From assembly GCA_905331295.1 (NCBI GenBank), contig CAJNYD010000096.1:1-64000 (forward strand): a stretch of 64,000 nucleotides of DNA. Reading direction: 5' to 3'. Below the pieces are notes generated by a model that saw only the letters and a list, made by a program, of their open reading frames with translations, had not been told where the DNA came from and searched no databases. The stretch comes from Rotaria socialis. Taxonomy: Eukaryota. Made by a program: the position numbers and the translations under genes. Below are positions 1 through 13,570 of the stretch, in pieces (positions within the stretch are counted from its first letter, which is position 1; each line of letters begins with the position of its first letter).

Positions 1-284
1 AACATACCAAGGGAGAGATCATTCGATGGAAGTTCGCTCAACCATCGACGATAGTACTTTTCGGCCAAATCGAATTTTCCCATATGGAACATCACATCAC
101 CAAGAGAGAGAAGATTCGTTTCCTCACTGCCGTATTCGTTCTTCGTGTGATCATACAGTTGTTTGAGATCGTTGTCATGATCACTACATAATGTCATTCG
201 AACGATCGACATTGTTGCATCAGCTGATAATGATGATGATTGATCATGAGAAATTTCACTCAACCGAGAAATTGAGCCTAGCAT
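1..284 (-). CDS. TPR-repeat protein fragment (ART-domain-tail + TPR type), runs off the window start
   Basis: Open frame from ATG at 284: MLGSISRLSEISHDQSSSLSADATMSIVRMTLCSDHDNDLKQLYDHTKNEYGSEETNLLSLGDVMFHMGKFDLAEKYYRRWLSELPSNDL. It is a near-identical inverted copy of 2101-2330. No full catalytic domain is visible upstream. Confidence 0.65.
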   Translation of the reverse strand, partial: MLGSISRLSEISHDQSSSLSADATMSIVRMTLCSDHDNDLKQLYDHTKNEYGSEETNLLSLGDVMFHMGKFDLAEKYYRRWLSELPSNDLSLGM

Positions 285-1310
285 GAAGAATAGTTGGAAC
301 TTGTTAAGAACATCGGATATCTTTACAAATAGGCTGTTTTTTAATTTGAAACTGAATGATATTTTTGGTTAAATGCATTGACGAGTTTCGTTTTTCAAGA
401 AGACTTCCTAAATAAATTCTATACATTGAATGACTGACGCTAAGAAAAAAATAACCGACGCAGATTGTTCGGAAAACTTGTGTTTTTAATATTTGTTTAT
501 GCATCGCTCTAAGAAATATGCACTTCTGAATTTCATATTGGTTGGGTGAACGCGAATCTGATCCAATCCAATAGAGCATCCTAAAAGAGAACTACGATAT
601 TAGTCATATGTACATCGCCTAATTGAAAGAAATGTTGAATACTGGTGTAGCACACATTACTTACTGAATTACGCATTCAAAAGTGCTGTCAAAAAAAAAG
701 ATTTGCGTTATCCTCGTAGAAATACTACTAGTTGTAGTACTCTAACTATTCTTATCATGTTACATTTAGATGATGAACATACATGTCGCATCGTAGGATT
801 ACATGATTTTATTCGCCACTATCGCTTAACATTTTGCTGTTCTGTGTATGGTTCTCTATCCGATTATTTGTAAAATGTTGTTTTCATTTTAGCTGACTCT
901 TTTGGTTCACATGAAAAATCACGGTGCATCTCTAAAGAAGATATGAAAAAATCGAATAACACAAGTGGATATAAAATAAACTAAGAAAACAAAAAAAAAT
1001 TGTTTCACCCTCTGTTTTAAACACGAAATGTTCATAGATGTTAATTAGAATGATTTCGCTTTTATCACAGGAAGGAACTTACTTATAGCCTCTTTCGTGG
1101 CTACTGATAAATTTTCAGTATTATCAATATGCGTTTCATTAACAAAATTTATAAATTTTAGTTACTGAAAATAGCTGTAAAAACCCAACCATTCTAACAA
1201 AAACAAATCACACAAATTGCTAATTAAAACAATAGTCACATTGATATTATCATTTAGCAAATAAAGAACGAATCGGAAAAAGAGCGCTTTCTTGAAAATT
1301 TAGAAATAAT

Positions 1311-1603
1311 TTAAGGTGGACCCTTTCTCCGGTGATTGAGTATTCTCTGAAACCAAGTATAATATAATGGATATCTTACACTTTACATTAATATAATGAA
1401 GATGAAACCTCGAAAAGGTTGCAATGTCAAGATAGTCGAAAGCAAGTTTACGAAACTTGAATGGTCACATAATTCTATCAGCTATTTCTCTCATTGTCGA
1501 AACGATTATTTAGGCAAAAACTTTAAAAACTATACCGAGCATAGATTTTTATGGGGAAAACCTATGGATTTTGACCAAAAGTTAAAACGATAGCGTCCAC
1601 CAT
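1311..1603. mobile_element. Possible small MITE with short TIRs
   Basis: TTAAGGTGGACC at 1311 and GCGTCCACC at 1593-1601 form imperfect inverted ends; TTAA on the left only. Confidence 0.35.
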
Positions 1604-2079
1604 TACAAAATGAAGAATACACTGGCGTAACGTCGTGCTTATGTTTTCCATACTGTAAAGGAATATTGCTTTTCCTTTTGTTCGACTACAAACCGGGAAA
1701 GGTTCATATATTTTCGGCATATAATAGTAACAATAGGGAAATTTCCAAAGGCAACCATGCAGTAGACATTGTATTCATTTGTTTCTATTCACTATTTACA
1801 GGTTCCAGTTGAATAAAGCTAATCTCTAAGGGTTACTTCCTTTGTTCTATAAATATTTATGTAATAGCTTAGAAATAAAGAAAAAACTCTCTTCGATGCC
1901 TCAACACTTCCATCTCGAAGCAACATTAGAATGTTTATTGTCACGGACAAAGACTCATGATTTGAGCGACAAGAACAATATAGGAATCAATTATGCTGCC
2001 ACTGATGTCTCTTTTATCACTACCATAGAAAGAGTGATCATGTTGATAAGCAATATCAATGATATTTATGGTGAATTCA

Positions 2080-2910
2080 ATGTTTTCGGTTGAATGAGAT
2101 CTATCATCAGCTGATGCAACAATCTCGATCATTTGAATGGCATTATGTAGTGATCATGACAACGATCTCAAACAACTGTATGATCACATGAAGAACGAAT
2201 ACGACAGAGAGGAAACGAATCTTCTCTCTCTTGGTGATGTGTTAAGAAACATGGGAAAATTCGATTTGGCCGAAAAGTACTATCGTCGATGGTTGAGCGA
2301 ACTTCCATCGAATGATCTCTCTCTTTGTGCGTTGTATGAACGTCTTGGTAGGGTTGCTGATGAGAAAGGTGAGTATGATACGAGTCTCGAATGGTACCAG
2401 AAATCACTCGAGATCGATATGCGAACTCGTCCATCCGATCATGTCAGTATTGGTATCACACACAACAGCATCGGTAACGTTCATGGAAAGAAAGGTGATC
2501 GTGTTCGAGCACTCAAATCGTACAATCGAGCCGTGTCACTCTTCAAACAAGCACACGATGAGAATCACCCACATTTGGCCTCCTTTTACAACAACATTGG
2601 CACCATCTATCAAGAAGAGAAGAAGTATTTTGAAGCGCTCGACTTCTATGAGAAGTCACTTGCTATTCACGGGAAGCATCTACCACCGGATCATCCTGAT
2701 TTGGGTGGATCGTACAACAATATTGGCGTGGTTCATCGATATCTTGGTCATTATGATCTTGCATTGGATCATTACAATCAATCACTTAAAATCAGCTTGA
2801 AGTCACTTCCTGCTCAACATCCCGATATTGCAAGTACCTACGTAAACATGGGTCTTGTGTATGAAGACAAGGATGAATTAGAGTAGGTATTGGCATTGTT
2901 AAATAAATTT
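2080..2910 (+). pseudogene. TPR-repeat gene fragment (kinesin-light-chain/nephrocystin-3-like 42-aa TPRs), probably a pseudogene
   Basis: ORF 2137-2886 has five or more repeats of the HPDLA.SYNNIG.VY type. An in-frame TGA at 2134-2136 corresponds to CGA in the paralog at 1-284, and there is a frameshifting deletion near 2100. TAG at 2884 falls mid-repeat (DELE*VLALLNK). Confidence 0.75.
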
Positions 2911-3626
2911 TACATCCTGTAGTGTCATTTCCAACTTGTTAGTGCCGGAACTGTTCAATTCCCAGAAGTATGTAGATATTGAGTGAAAATATAGCTATCA
3001 TTGACATAAAATAGTTCTTTCCTATGTGAATATAGTTAGAGAGGTTGAAGCAAGAATTTTATTAGCAATATCTGCATTGCTGTTGTTTCATTTTTTCTTT
3101 AAAGGCAGTGAGTTGAAATTTTTTCTTTCTTCGTCGATTCATACGTGTTGATGGTGAATCGCTGAAATTGAATGAATTCTATGAATATAATCTTTTGTCT
3201 GTTAATCCTATCAGTACGGGATACAATTGATAAAACATGGATGAAGGGTATGCATCTAAATGGAGTGCATCTCTTGAATGCGTACCGGTTTCTTGATTTC
3301 CAGTGGTTTCTAGTCAGTTTGTACCCCTTGAATAAAATTTACACCCACACTTACACCCATCACCAGTGGTGGATTGACTTGATTTCTACAATCCAAATCC
3401 GTGCGGATGTAGATTTTCGGTTCACGCACACCCATACCACACCCTCAAGATAGAGAGGATACGTAGGATATCTTAAGTCACATTTTCATCTTTTTGCAAA
3501 TGGACTCACTAAAAATGACTGATCTAGTAGAACACGACCGACTATCCTACGTATTTTGAATTCTATGCGCGTTTTTTGTTCTATTTATATTTTATGTCTA
3601 GGATACATTTTCTTGCTGATAGTACA

Positions 3627-4410
3627 ATGGTAATTTTAATTTCATTAAAGCCTTTTCTGATGTATATTTAATATTGATGTAGAGCAATGCTCTCGAAGAT
3701 ATAAATTCAACTAGAATTTTCCCTCGAGATTCTCTTTCGCATCCACGTCAAGATTGGCGATATCTTATACACCGTATTCTGAACAATAAATTTGATGATG
3801 AATTTAAAATCGAAGAACACGAACGTATCTACAAAATTCATGCTCACCCTTATCTTCAGCTACCAAGTCAAACAGCGATGAAATCAATCATTACTTATGT
3901 TGGATCTATTGTTCTATATCCAAATATCCATGCTCACATGTGTCACACACTGATCTATCCCGCTATAGCTCAATTAGGAATCGAAATGATATTATCTGAA
4001 ATAGTAAATCTAACTGACCGAAAACATTGTCTGTTATTTCTTCTTTCAAGATAGAGTTCTTATCAGATAGCCCATCAATCAAACAAAATTCATTTCTCGA
4101 GAATAATTCTTTAATTTTATCTTCACCACACTGGCGTCCTAATATCGATGAGCAAGATCTTTCTTCTCTTAATTCACATATGCCACGGTTATCGCAACGT
4201 TCAGTTTCCTATGGATTTGATCTTGGAATAAAAACATGGCAATCAATACATGATGAAAAAACTAGAATTTCATCATCGAGCTACTATTTACCACCTAACA
4301 AAATCGAACTTGATAAAAATCAACAAGAAATGATTCGTCGTACTCTATCATTTAAAAGAAAATCGGACACAATTTCTTAGATTTTGATGGCGATCTAACC
4401 ATCTGTATTT
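3627..4410 (+). CDS. Uncharacterised spliced gene
   Basis: ATG 3627-3629, intron 3630-3682, exon 3683-4003 (107 open codons, SNALEDINSTRIFPRD...EMILSEI), intron 4004-4050, exon from 4051 (IEFLSDSPS...). The 3' end is uncertain and no domain was recognised. Confidence 0.45.
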
Positions 4411-5346
4411 GAATACTTTGTTCACACGATTGACATAGATTGTTATCAAAAGAATATTCGAACCGGTAAGAGAAAAATTCAAACTTTATCTATCCTCAAT
4501 TTTCGTTCATATCTATTTCGGGTCAAGGTTTTTGTGCTTCGTTGTATCATAAAAGACATTCGTGTTAAAACAAGTAAAAGTATGTTTAGTTTGCTTAATT
4601 TGAACAAATGCGTTTGTCATCTTCGATTAGACTCAATTTTATGAGCTTCGTGACACATCATTCAACATTGTTTAGTAACATAAAACAAAAAAAGAAAGAA
4701 AGAAAGAAAGAAACAAGAGTTTCTATCTTTCTCCTTTTTTTTATTACAATTCATTGATAGATAATTTTATTTAATTAGATAAATGTCATGCATGATGGAA
4801 GTAGAGAAGAAATAAACAGGGCGTGTCCAATTTCAATCTAACAGCTGTTAGTCTATCATCAGTGAACTAAACAAAGAAGAATAGAATTCATTTATGTTCA
4901 TGCATATACACACTAATGATAATAAGTTCATTCAAGAGATTGACAGGCCTCTCGTGTATAAACTTTCTTAATTACAACATGAATCAATGAAAGTCACAAA
5001 AAAAGAAAATAGATATTTTCCGATGGATCGACCCTATTTAATATATGCGTAGAAAGGCATCAGTGACATAGACTTTCTTTTCTTGTTTTGCCGCAAGCTA
5101 AACAAATAAATCTTGTAGTTGCAAATGTGATTGATGATATTTTGAATCTTTGATATGTTCATCAAGTAGTTTTTTATGAGAATTCAATACAGAAATGTTA
5201 ATTTTATGTAAATATATTAAAAGAAAAGAAATCACATCGAACCAGCTGTTTTTCCTCTTATTTTTTACAATTGAGTACTTCGCCAGCTGTTTTCATTCAC
5301 TTTCAAGTCGAAAAAGAAGTTAAAAATCAATATGTTACCAATCGAG

Positions 5347-6072
5347 CTAATAATGATATTTTTTCTTTGCTGTTGCCGATGGTTTATATGATTCTATTTG
5401 ATGTTTTTTATAGCCTGATTCACGATGAATCTTTTTAACACATGACTCACAAAATAGTTCATCACATTCGAGACAACGCTTCGTTGCATTATCATTACAC
5501 ACAGTGCACCATGGGAATTCTTCATCATCATCACCATCGTCCTTGTTTTCATCAGGTTTAATTGATGATGGTAATTTAACGGTATCGGGCGTTGCTGCAG
5601 GCATTGTGTCATGTAAAATACGTAAACGTTCTTTAAGTGCATGATCTTCTCGTTGTTGAATAGACAATTCTTCATGCATTTGTTGCATAAGATCATCGGG
5701 AGACTCGAATTGATTCGACGCATGAGACATTGATTTCGCTGGAAAATCAACACGTAATTTTGCCAGACGTTCTTCCAGTGCTTTAGTTTCTGGATCAAGT
5801 GGTTCAACAGGCGGTCGTTGTAATTTTTGTTGTTGCGGTGGTTGCTGTTCTAATCTTTGTAGAAAACCTTTCGGCGGTTTCTGTAGCATTAATTCTGTGC
5901 TTATAGAATGGAAACATTGGCTGCAAACTTCATGCATTTGATAATTTGACTTTGGTACCGCTACACGTTGATAACAGCAATTGGAACAAAATAATTGTTG
6001 GCATGACCCACAAGCTTTTTTTAGAGGATTATTCAAAAGTGTTTGTCTGCACGATGAACATATGGAATTCAT
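5347..6072 (-). CDS. ZFYVE19: Abscission/NoCut checkpoint regulator (FYVE zinc finger + C-terminal B-box)
   Basis: N-terminal CxxC..CxxCxxxFCxxC..VCxxCF followed by PPKGFLQRL, an LEERLAKLR helix, and C-terminal EEFPWCTVCNDNATKRCLECDELFCESC..H..H, as in ANCHR. Intronless. Confidence 0.85.
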   Translation of the reverse strand: MNSICSSCRQTLLNNPLKKACGSCQQLFCSNCCYQRVAVPKSNYQMHEVCSQCFHSISTELMLQKPPKGFLQRLEQQPPQQQKLQRPPVEPLDPETKALEERLAKLRVDFPAKSMSHASNQFESPDDLMQQMHEELSIQQREDHALKERLRILHDTMPAATPDTVKLPSSIKPDENKDDGDDDEEFPWCTVCNDNATKRCLECDELFCESCVKKIHRESGYKKHQIESYKPSATAKKKYHY

Positions 6073-8235
6073 GCTTATCTACAAATACAATCGAATCATT
6101 CAATTCTAGCGGGAACATATTGTTTATTTTACTTAAAATCTTTTTAACGATGTGAAAATACATCAAACTAATAGATTTCAATTTGAAGTAATTTTTCTTT
6201 TTGTTCTTAAATGTGAACGCTTGAAGCGTTGTGATTAATTGAAGTATATATTAAATTGAGAATAGAAAAAAAAAAGAAAACTACATACGAGCTCTATATT
6301 AAACATTATTTTTGTCTTCGTGTTATTGTTCAATGATTAGCTCGAGGCAAATAATGTCTCATCGATCACTAAGTTTTTTTTCTTCTTCAATATGTCCATT
6401 AGCCATCATGCTATACACTCTAGTTTTCAATAGATGAACTGCTATCTTCAGCAATCTCAATTATGTCAAAACTCAAAATTCTTATCATTTGTTGATGATT
6501 CGTTCGATTTTATATTAAACGAAAACACTAAACCATTTAAAGATTATTGTTTAAGTTTCCTTCCGGCAACAGAATTCACACAATCTAATGATCACAATGT
6601 CGTTGAAAAATAAATTTTTGTTTTGTTTTCTTTCGTTTGCATTCGATCTGTGATTATTTAAACAAACTATATTCTATAAACAAACATGAATGTATGATGA
6701 ACAAACTCGAATTTAAACAATTTCGCTTTTTAATTCACATCTGGTGGAGATAAAGTTTTACACTCGAAGAAAATGTCGTGACTGTGTAAGAAGAACGTTA
6801 ATATTCTCATGAGAAATGCGAGTGTTTGAAAAGATTGAAGTTCACCATCGTTCGTCTATCGGTGATTTAAGATAAAACAGGAAATGAATACGATAATAGT
6901 ACAAACATTCGATTGCAATCATAATAAAGATGCGCCTTTTATTCTTTTCTTGTTTTTTTATATCTTAAGAAAACTAAATCAAGATAATTATGTTTTTCGA
7001 TGTTAAATTTAAATGTAAATAACTTCAAAAGAATGCACTCAATGTGAAATCTCGATACATATCCGACAATATAATTAGAAATGATCATCATCATCAAACA
7101 CAAAGATCTTGATATGGATTAGAAAACATACACTCGCGCTGTGACTGTGAACGAATGAATGTCATAGACAAGTGTTTTTTCTTTCTAATGCCAGATGAGT
7201 AGAAACAATCTATCAACAGATGTTGATTATTGATGAACATATCATTACATCATATCAAAATAATGATGCAATAGGGACTTTTTTTTCTTTTCTATTCCTC
7301 TATAGTTTAGTTTAAGTCTACGGTTTAAATTTAAAATCGATTATCAGCATGTAATCATCAATAGAAAATTATCAGCGGTGGTGGTGATGATGAAGCAGCT
7401 GAAGAAAAGGCGAGAGTCGAAGAAGAAGAAGAAAAAAATGAGAAGAAAAAAAAAGAGAAACGATTAAATTGACTTTGACCGTTCGGTGAACTCGCGCAAA
7501 TATACCCTTACGGTACCGTACGTTGACTAGATCAAACAACATACGGACACGCACGGACATTAACCTTTATTGTAAAAACATAGACATTCAAGGGTCTTTT
7601 CTTGCTCTCTCGCCCTCTTCTATTCGCATAATGACACATCTTTTCTTTCATATCATCAATCAACGAATAAAATTAAAAAAACATTCATTAAATAGATAGG
7701 CAGACATCATATAATATATGTCGCTGCACGTTTTTATTCGAACAAGAGAAAAAAATATAAAAAAAGAAGAAAAAAAACCTACATGCACGTATACATAGGT
7801 TAGTTTTGTACCTGAGACGAGGTTCTTATTATATATTGTAATGTTTTATTTTCTCTTGGACGATGCGAAGCATACAAAAAAAATAGTAATAGTAGCAACT
7901 AATAAATGATATATATGTGTGTACGGATTTCACATCTTTTTGTTTTTTTTCTACACACACAAAACAAACAGGTATTTTATACTAATCACACACCCGAATA
8001 GAAAAAGAGGAAAAAAATCTACGCGCCTAGACTTGTGTTGACAAACAAACAAAAGAGAAAAAAATAAGTTAGGCTCAAAGCTCACAATACATATATAGAT
8101 AGATAGATAGATACCTACAACTAAAAAAAACAAAACAAACAAACAAGCAAACAAAAAAAAACGAGAGAAGAAAATCTTTGAGCAGTTTGACTTCCTGAAT
8201 AGGGAACACATACAAATGACTTAGAACTAGTGGGT

Positions 8236-8270
<35 letters not shown>
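8236..8270. repeat. (CA)n microsatellite
   Basis: cacacaca... run downstream of MEX3. Confidence 0.9.
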
Positions 8271-8519
8271 ATTAAACATATGCTCATTCAAAATGAGATA
8301 GATCTTATAATTATAATAATAATAAAGTAGAAGAATAATAAACTTTATTTAAATTTTTTTTATTTTGTTTTCCGGGTTAATACATATAATGTCCCTGATC
8401 AAGATAGCTGTACACGATGACAAAACAAATAAAGGTAAAAAAATACACAGAATAAATTAAATAGCACACACTCGCACACACACACGCTAAGAATTATTCA
8501 TACCTGAGAGTGTGTATCT

Positions 8520-8594
8520 TTATGATGTTTTCAATGATAAAAGACTAAAATTTGACCAAACTGAATCAAATATTGTATTATTATTATTATTATG

Positions 8595-8642
<48 letters not shown>

Positions 8643-9676
8643 GTTAATATTCATATTATTATTGTGATTATCATCCGATGTTTGTTCATTAATTAGATCA
8701 AATGATGAACCAAAATCAAATGACTGATTCATTAATGAATTATCTTCTAATGGAAAATAAGATGATTGAGATACCGTGCGTAATGGAATATGTTTATTAT
8801 TATTATTATCATCAATTGTATTATTATTAAATGGAAGTGATAAATGATGAGTAAATTTTGATTTCATCCATTTCATATCATCATTATCTTCAACAGGTGA
8901 TTGATGACCTGATGATGATGATGCTTGTCCTGTGCGTGCAGCAATATGACTTTCAATTTCTAAACGTGCGGCTTCAACATTTTCTGGTAGGCCAGCTATT
9001 TCAAAAACAGGCTCTTTATCACGACCTGGAGTTATGATATAAGTATTTGTTGTTTGTTGTATACGTTTTATAGTTGCGCCTTTAGGTCCAACAACTAAAC
9101 CAACAACACGATAAGGTACGCGGACTTGTATCGTAGTTTGTTGACTTGGTAATATTAAATTATTAATATGTAAATTTGTATTACTTCCACTGCTTGTACT
9201 ACTATTCGATGAGCTACTCGTGCTTGATTGTTGTTTACGAGCTAAAGAAGAAGAACAAAAGAAAAAAACTAAACATGAGAGAACGAAGGATGCTTTTTTT
9301 CGTATTTACCAGCTCGTATTTGTGAAAAGTGTTCTGCGGCTGATACAATTTCTTTTTTGGCAATTTGAACATCTTCTTTGCGACCGGTTATAATAAAAAC
9401 AGGTTCGTCGCCTCGAACGGGTGTTTTAATATAAGTATTTGTTTTAGCACGTAATGCTTTTATTTTACAGCCTTGTCGACCAACAATTTCAGCAACGTGC
9501 TCCGAACTGGGCACCGGTACACATTCGGTCATATTTTGACTTTTTTTACCAAGTGCATCAAGCGTTTGTTGTTGTTGTTGATATTGTAATGAAAAATCAT
9601 TATTAAACGATGGAATAAGTAACGATGAACGTTGATAATCAGTTACAAATGAATCGATTATTGCTGCACTTGGCAT
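8520..9676 (-). CDS. MEX3: MEX3 RNA-binding protein (two KH domains)
   Basis: Exons 9676-9310 and 9241-8520 with a GT-AG intron at 9309-9242. KH1 is [42 protein letters not shown]2 is [44 protein letters not shown]. Confidence 0.95.
8575..8662 (-). repeat. (AAT)n trinucleotide repeat encoding poly-Asn in the MEX3 tail
   Basis: (TTA)n on the + strand, translated as a long N run. Confidence 0.9.
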
Positions 9677-11886
9677 TTTTATGTTGCAATTTGGATTAAT
9701 TTTTAATTATAAAAAAATAATTTTTCTATGTTAATATATATATAATATATATATATCTATCTCTATACTAAAAATGAAGAAGAAAAAACAAGAATATGAT
9801 AAGTTCATGTTAAAAGAAAATGAATAAATGATGAACGGAGAAGAAAAACGAGCCAACGTAGACTTACCGCGTAGCAATGTCCAGTCGACGACGAAAGCGA
9901 GAAATGTGAATGTGATGATTAACGCCTACATGCTCGACCCTTCTATACTATACTAGAGAAAAGAGGGAGAGGAAAAAAAGAAACGAGAAGAGAACGGAAA
10001 ATTACGAGAGTGGCGTGTGTATGTGTACAATCTCTGTGTGTGTCTTTCTTTCTCTCTCTCTCTCTCTCCCTCAGTTTCTTCCACCTGAATGGTGGGTAGT
10101 TGATCTCTTTTCTCTCTCTCTCTGTCTTTGTCGATTTTTTTTCTCAAACCATCATAAAAAAACATCCATGCACAATTTTTTTTCTTCTTCTCCACGTCTG
10201 ATGAACTCTGAACTACTTACTCTTTCTCTCATGCAAACGCTGCTTTGATTATATTAATAACTCATCCGACCAATGGGAGGAATAAAAAAACGGTCGATCG
10301 CTGGAAATGGGTCTGGCCAGTTCACCGCTATATAATATGAAGAGACGAACCGGCAGTGAAAAGAGAAAGAAGGGCATTAGGCAAGAAGAGAAAAAAATCT
10401 CCCCATCAGAAGCATGCACAGAACCCTCGAGCTGATGCCTCCATGACGTTGTTCTTTATTCTTTTGCTCTCTCTCTCTCTTTCTTTCTGTCTTGCGCTCT
10501 TAAACTCGACCCTACTCTGACGATGACGACGACAAGCAACCGTAGTGGTGTAAAAGAAAAACCTAGCGAATGCAGTACATATATACATATGCGACTAGAC
10601 AGAAATGGTTTCAGGATGATGATGTCGATGATGATGATGATGATGATGGTAGGGTTACTACTACTGCTTGTGTTCTCGTCAAGTATACATATGATGCCAT
10701 ATATACAATCCAGAAAAAAAAGAAGACGAAAAAGGCAAGAAAGAAAGAAAAAGAAAAAAGAAAAAAAGACGTGATGCTATGTTATCGAGAGACTTAATTA
10801 GATTGACGAATTGCGCGATTTTTTTTCAAGGAAACATAATAATATATTCATACTGTTAGCTTTTATTAGATGATGACAAATCACAGGTGATATTATATGA
10901 AGAAAAAATCATTATCTATGAGTTTTTTGTCGTTTGCTCTCATTTGGACGAATGACAAAAAGAAAAGTTTTATCTCACGGAAAAATTTCGTTAGAAATCC
11001 TTGGAATGAAATATATTTTGTATATACGTAATTGTTAAATCAAGTGTAAGATCCGATTACCAAATATTTGATCTAGTTCATGGTCATTCTACGACACATT
11101 TCTTTATTACGATTAGTAAAATGAATATAATGACAAACTTCAAAACTAATCAAAGACAAATTTGTTTAAGAACTCAATAAATATACAAATTAAAAATAGC
11201 GCTTCATTGTTAAAAATAGGGCTGACTGTGACTAGTCACTTGAACTTCATTCTTTTCCGGTTGCTAAGCTATATGGATGACATTGTTTGATTTTTATTCT
11301 CGTACTGAAAAATTAAAATAACTATTCATTATTTATAAAACTGACAGCTAACTTCGGCAGATGGCAATTTCGAGGTCAAGAGCCGACAAGTTTATTAGTT
11401 GAAGATGACATCAATATTTCGTAAATGAATATTATTGAGACATGATTAATACAGTTAAATAGACGATAGTTTTGTATTCCGTATGAATCATATCTCGGGA
11501 TTTTTTTCTGGTAATAAAATATTTACGATCACTCATAAATTCATCAGCTAATCTCTACTTAAAGAATTTTAACAATAAGATTGTATTCGATCGAACATTT
11601 TATAATTTATTTTAAAAATATGTTATATTATATCTAAAACAAAGGCAAAAAAAGAATAGAATTTGATTGATATTTTTAATGAACCATAAAATGAATGTTT
11701 GCCATTAAGATGATAAATCTTTGTCCGATCTATGATCTTTACAGTCTTACGATCGTCCTTCAACTTCTCGGAATTATCGTATTGACGAAAAAGAAAAAGA
11801 AAAAGAGAAGATTTTGTTTGAAATTTTCTTTTATTATACATGTCGCTTAAAGAACGAAACAAAAAAAAAGACGCCATAGCGTATGT

Positions 11887-13109
11887 TTATGATGTTTGTG
11901 GTTGATTTAAATCTTCTTTAGTTGAATTATTCATATCGATAATTGTAGATGCAGTTTCTAATTGATGAGTGGGAGGTAATAATGGGTTTTCAACTTCATC
12001 GAGTTCAGGCCAGGCTTCTGATGATAAATCTTTTACTTTCATTCGATCGTTTAATGCTTTCAATGCTTTTTGTCTAAAATAAAACAATCATTTTTTTTCT
12101 CCTCATTTTCTACGAAGGGTAATGCAAACCTTCTTCTATCAGTATCAGCTACATCAGCCCCTGGAATATTTATTGTAATACTTGATGATGAAGCAACATT
12201 GTATTTTTTAATAAATGGTTTGCATAATTTCATTTTAACAAATATTTCAAAAATTGTATTTGCTAATACACTGACGATTGGTGATAAAGGTGGTGGAAAA
12301 AAACTAAAAACAGAGTTCAATACAAATAATAATGGAACTAAAAAGTATTGCGTTTACTTGGCCAATGAAAACGATGATGACATATCGCCTTTTGTTCCGT
12401 TTTGATGTATTTGAAAAAATCTCAAATATGTCCAACTAATAATAATTCCAAAGCTAAGCATGATTAAAAAATGTATAGGAACAGCATGTACAAGCCAGAG
12501 TATGGTTGATAAAATAACCATTAATAATGGTACATGATCCTGTTTGAGTTTAAATAAGGGTGTTGTTGCTATTATTGTATCAGGCATAATTTGTTTGATA
12601 ACCACGGAATAAGCACCAATGAATGGTGCTAAACCATAGATAGGACGTTCAAATAAATACTCTTCATTAAATGTAAAACCATAAAATAAAATATAAGTAA
12701 ATGTTGCAAATAATGCATTAGGAATAGTAACAATAAAATAAAATTTTAAAAGTTCTTTTGTACCCCATAATGGTTCAATCATTTTTGAATAAAGAAAAAC
12801 AACAATAACATCAATTATCGTATGCCATATATGCAATTCAATAAAACTATGTGTAACAAATGTCCTAGGAAAATAAAATCACATGAAAGTCTTTAAAAAA
12901 AAAAACGAACAACTTATAACTAACCAAATCCAAAAGTTTGGAGGCATTATACGACCTGGAATGACTGCAAGTAATTGAACGCATTGCGAACTAAATGAAA
13001 GACCATATCCAATAATACAAAATAAGCATATTAATTTTGTTGTAAGGCCTGATGAGAATACGGCCGATTGTAATTGATGACTAATATCATGGACAAACGT
13101 TTGCTTCAT
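11887..13109 (-). CDS. TMEM115: Transmembrane protein 115 (rhomboid-like, DUF1751)
   Basis: Exons 13109-12925, 12864-12358, 12303-12130, 12073-11887, all GT-AG and phase-consistent. Motifs PPNFWIWTFVTHSFIE, IEPLWG..ELLKF, SWTYLRFFQ.H.NGTKGDMS, DRRRQKALKALNDR. The exact start codon is uncertain. Confidence 0.92.
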
Positions 13110-13570
13110 AATCTAAAGTACGCAAACAAAATACATTCTATCGAAATAATTCCTGGGAAAACTAACTTTGTTAATCTAACGAAACATGCTCTAAAAACAC
13201 GAATATAATTTAATGAAATGAATTACTCATCGTAACCGTCAATAGACAAATAAAATATCTCCTTGTAATTCAATTGTACTGTTGATCAAGTATGGGTATT
13301 CATTGGATTATGAATCCTAGTTTTACCAATCTATAGATGGCAGTATTTTCTTTTACACTGAAAACATTAGGGTGCGAATATAGTAATTGTAAGTACGTAG
13401 CATTTCGCTTTCGATACTTGATTTCATCGATGAGTTTAAGGACTCATCCAATATTATCTACTCTGAAAAAATGTGAAGATAAGTCTTGTGGTTGATATTT
13501 ACAAAGAAAAGCAAAATGACAATATTATGAATTAAATTCAAATTTCAAGTTATGCCAATTATTGGATTGT

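Noticed and set aside
7951..8287. Cys-rich ORFs as a MEX3 RING exon
   Set aside because: The CVCVCV sequence comes from a (TG)n microsatellite and lacks RING spacing.
9953..10797. Short ORFs upstream of MEX3
   Set aside because: They are translations of CT, GAT and A-rich simple repeats in a promoter or UTR-like region.
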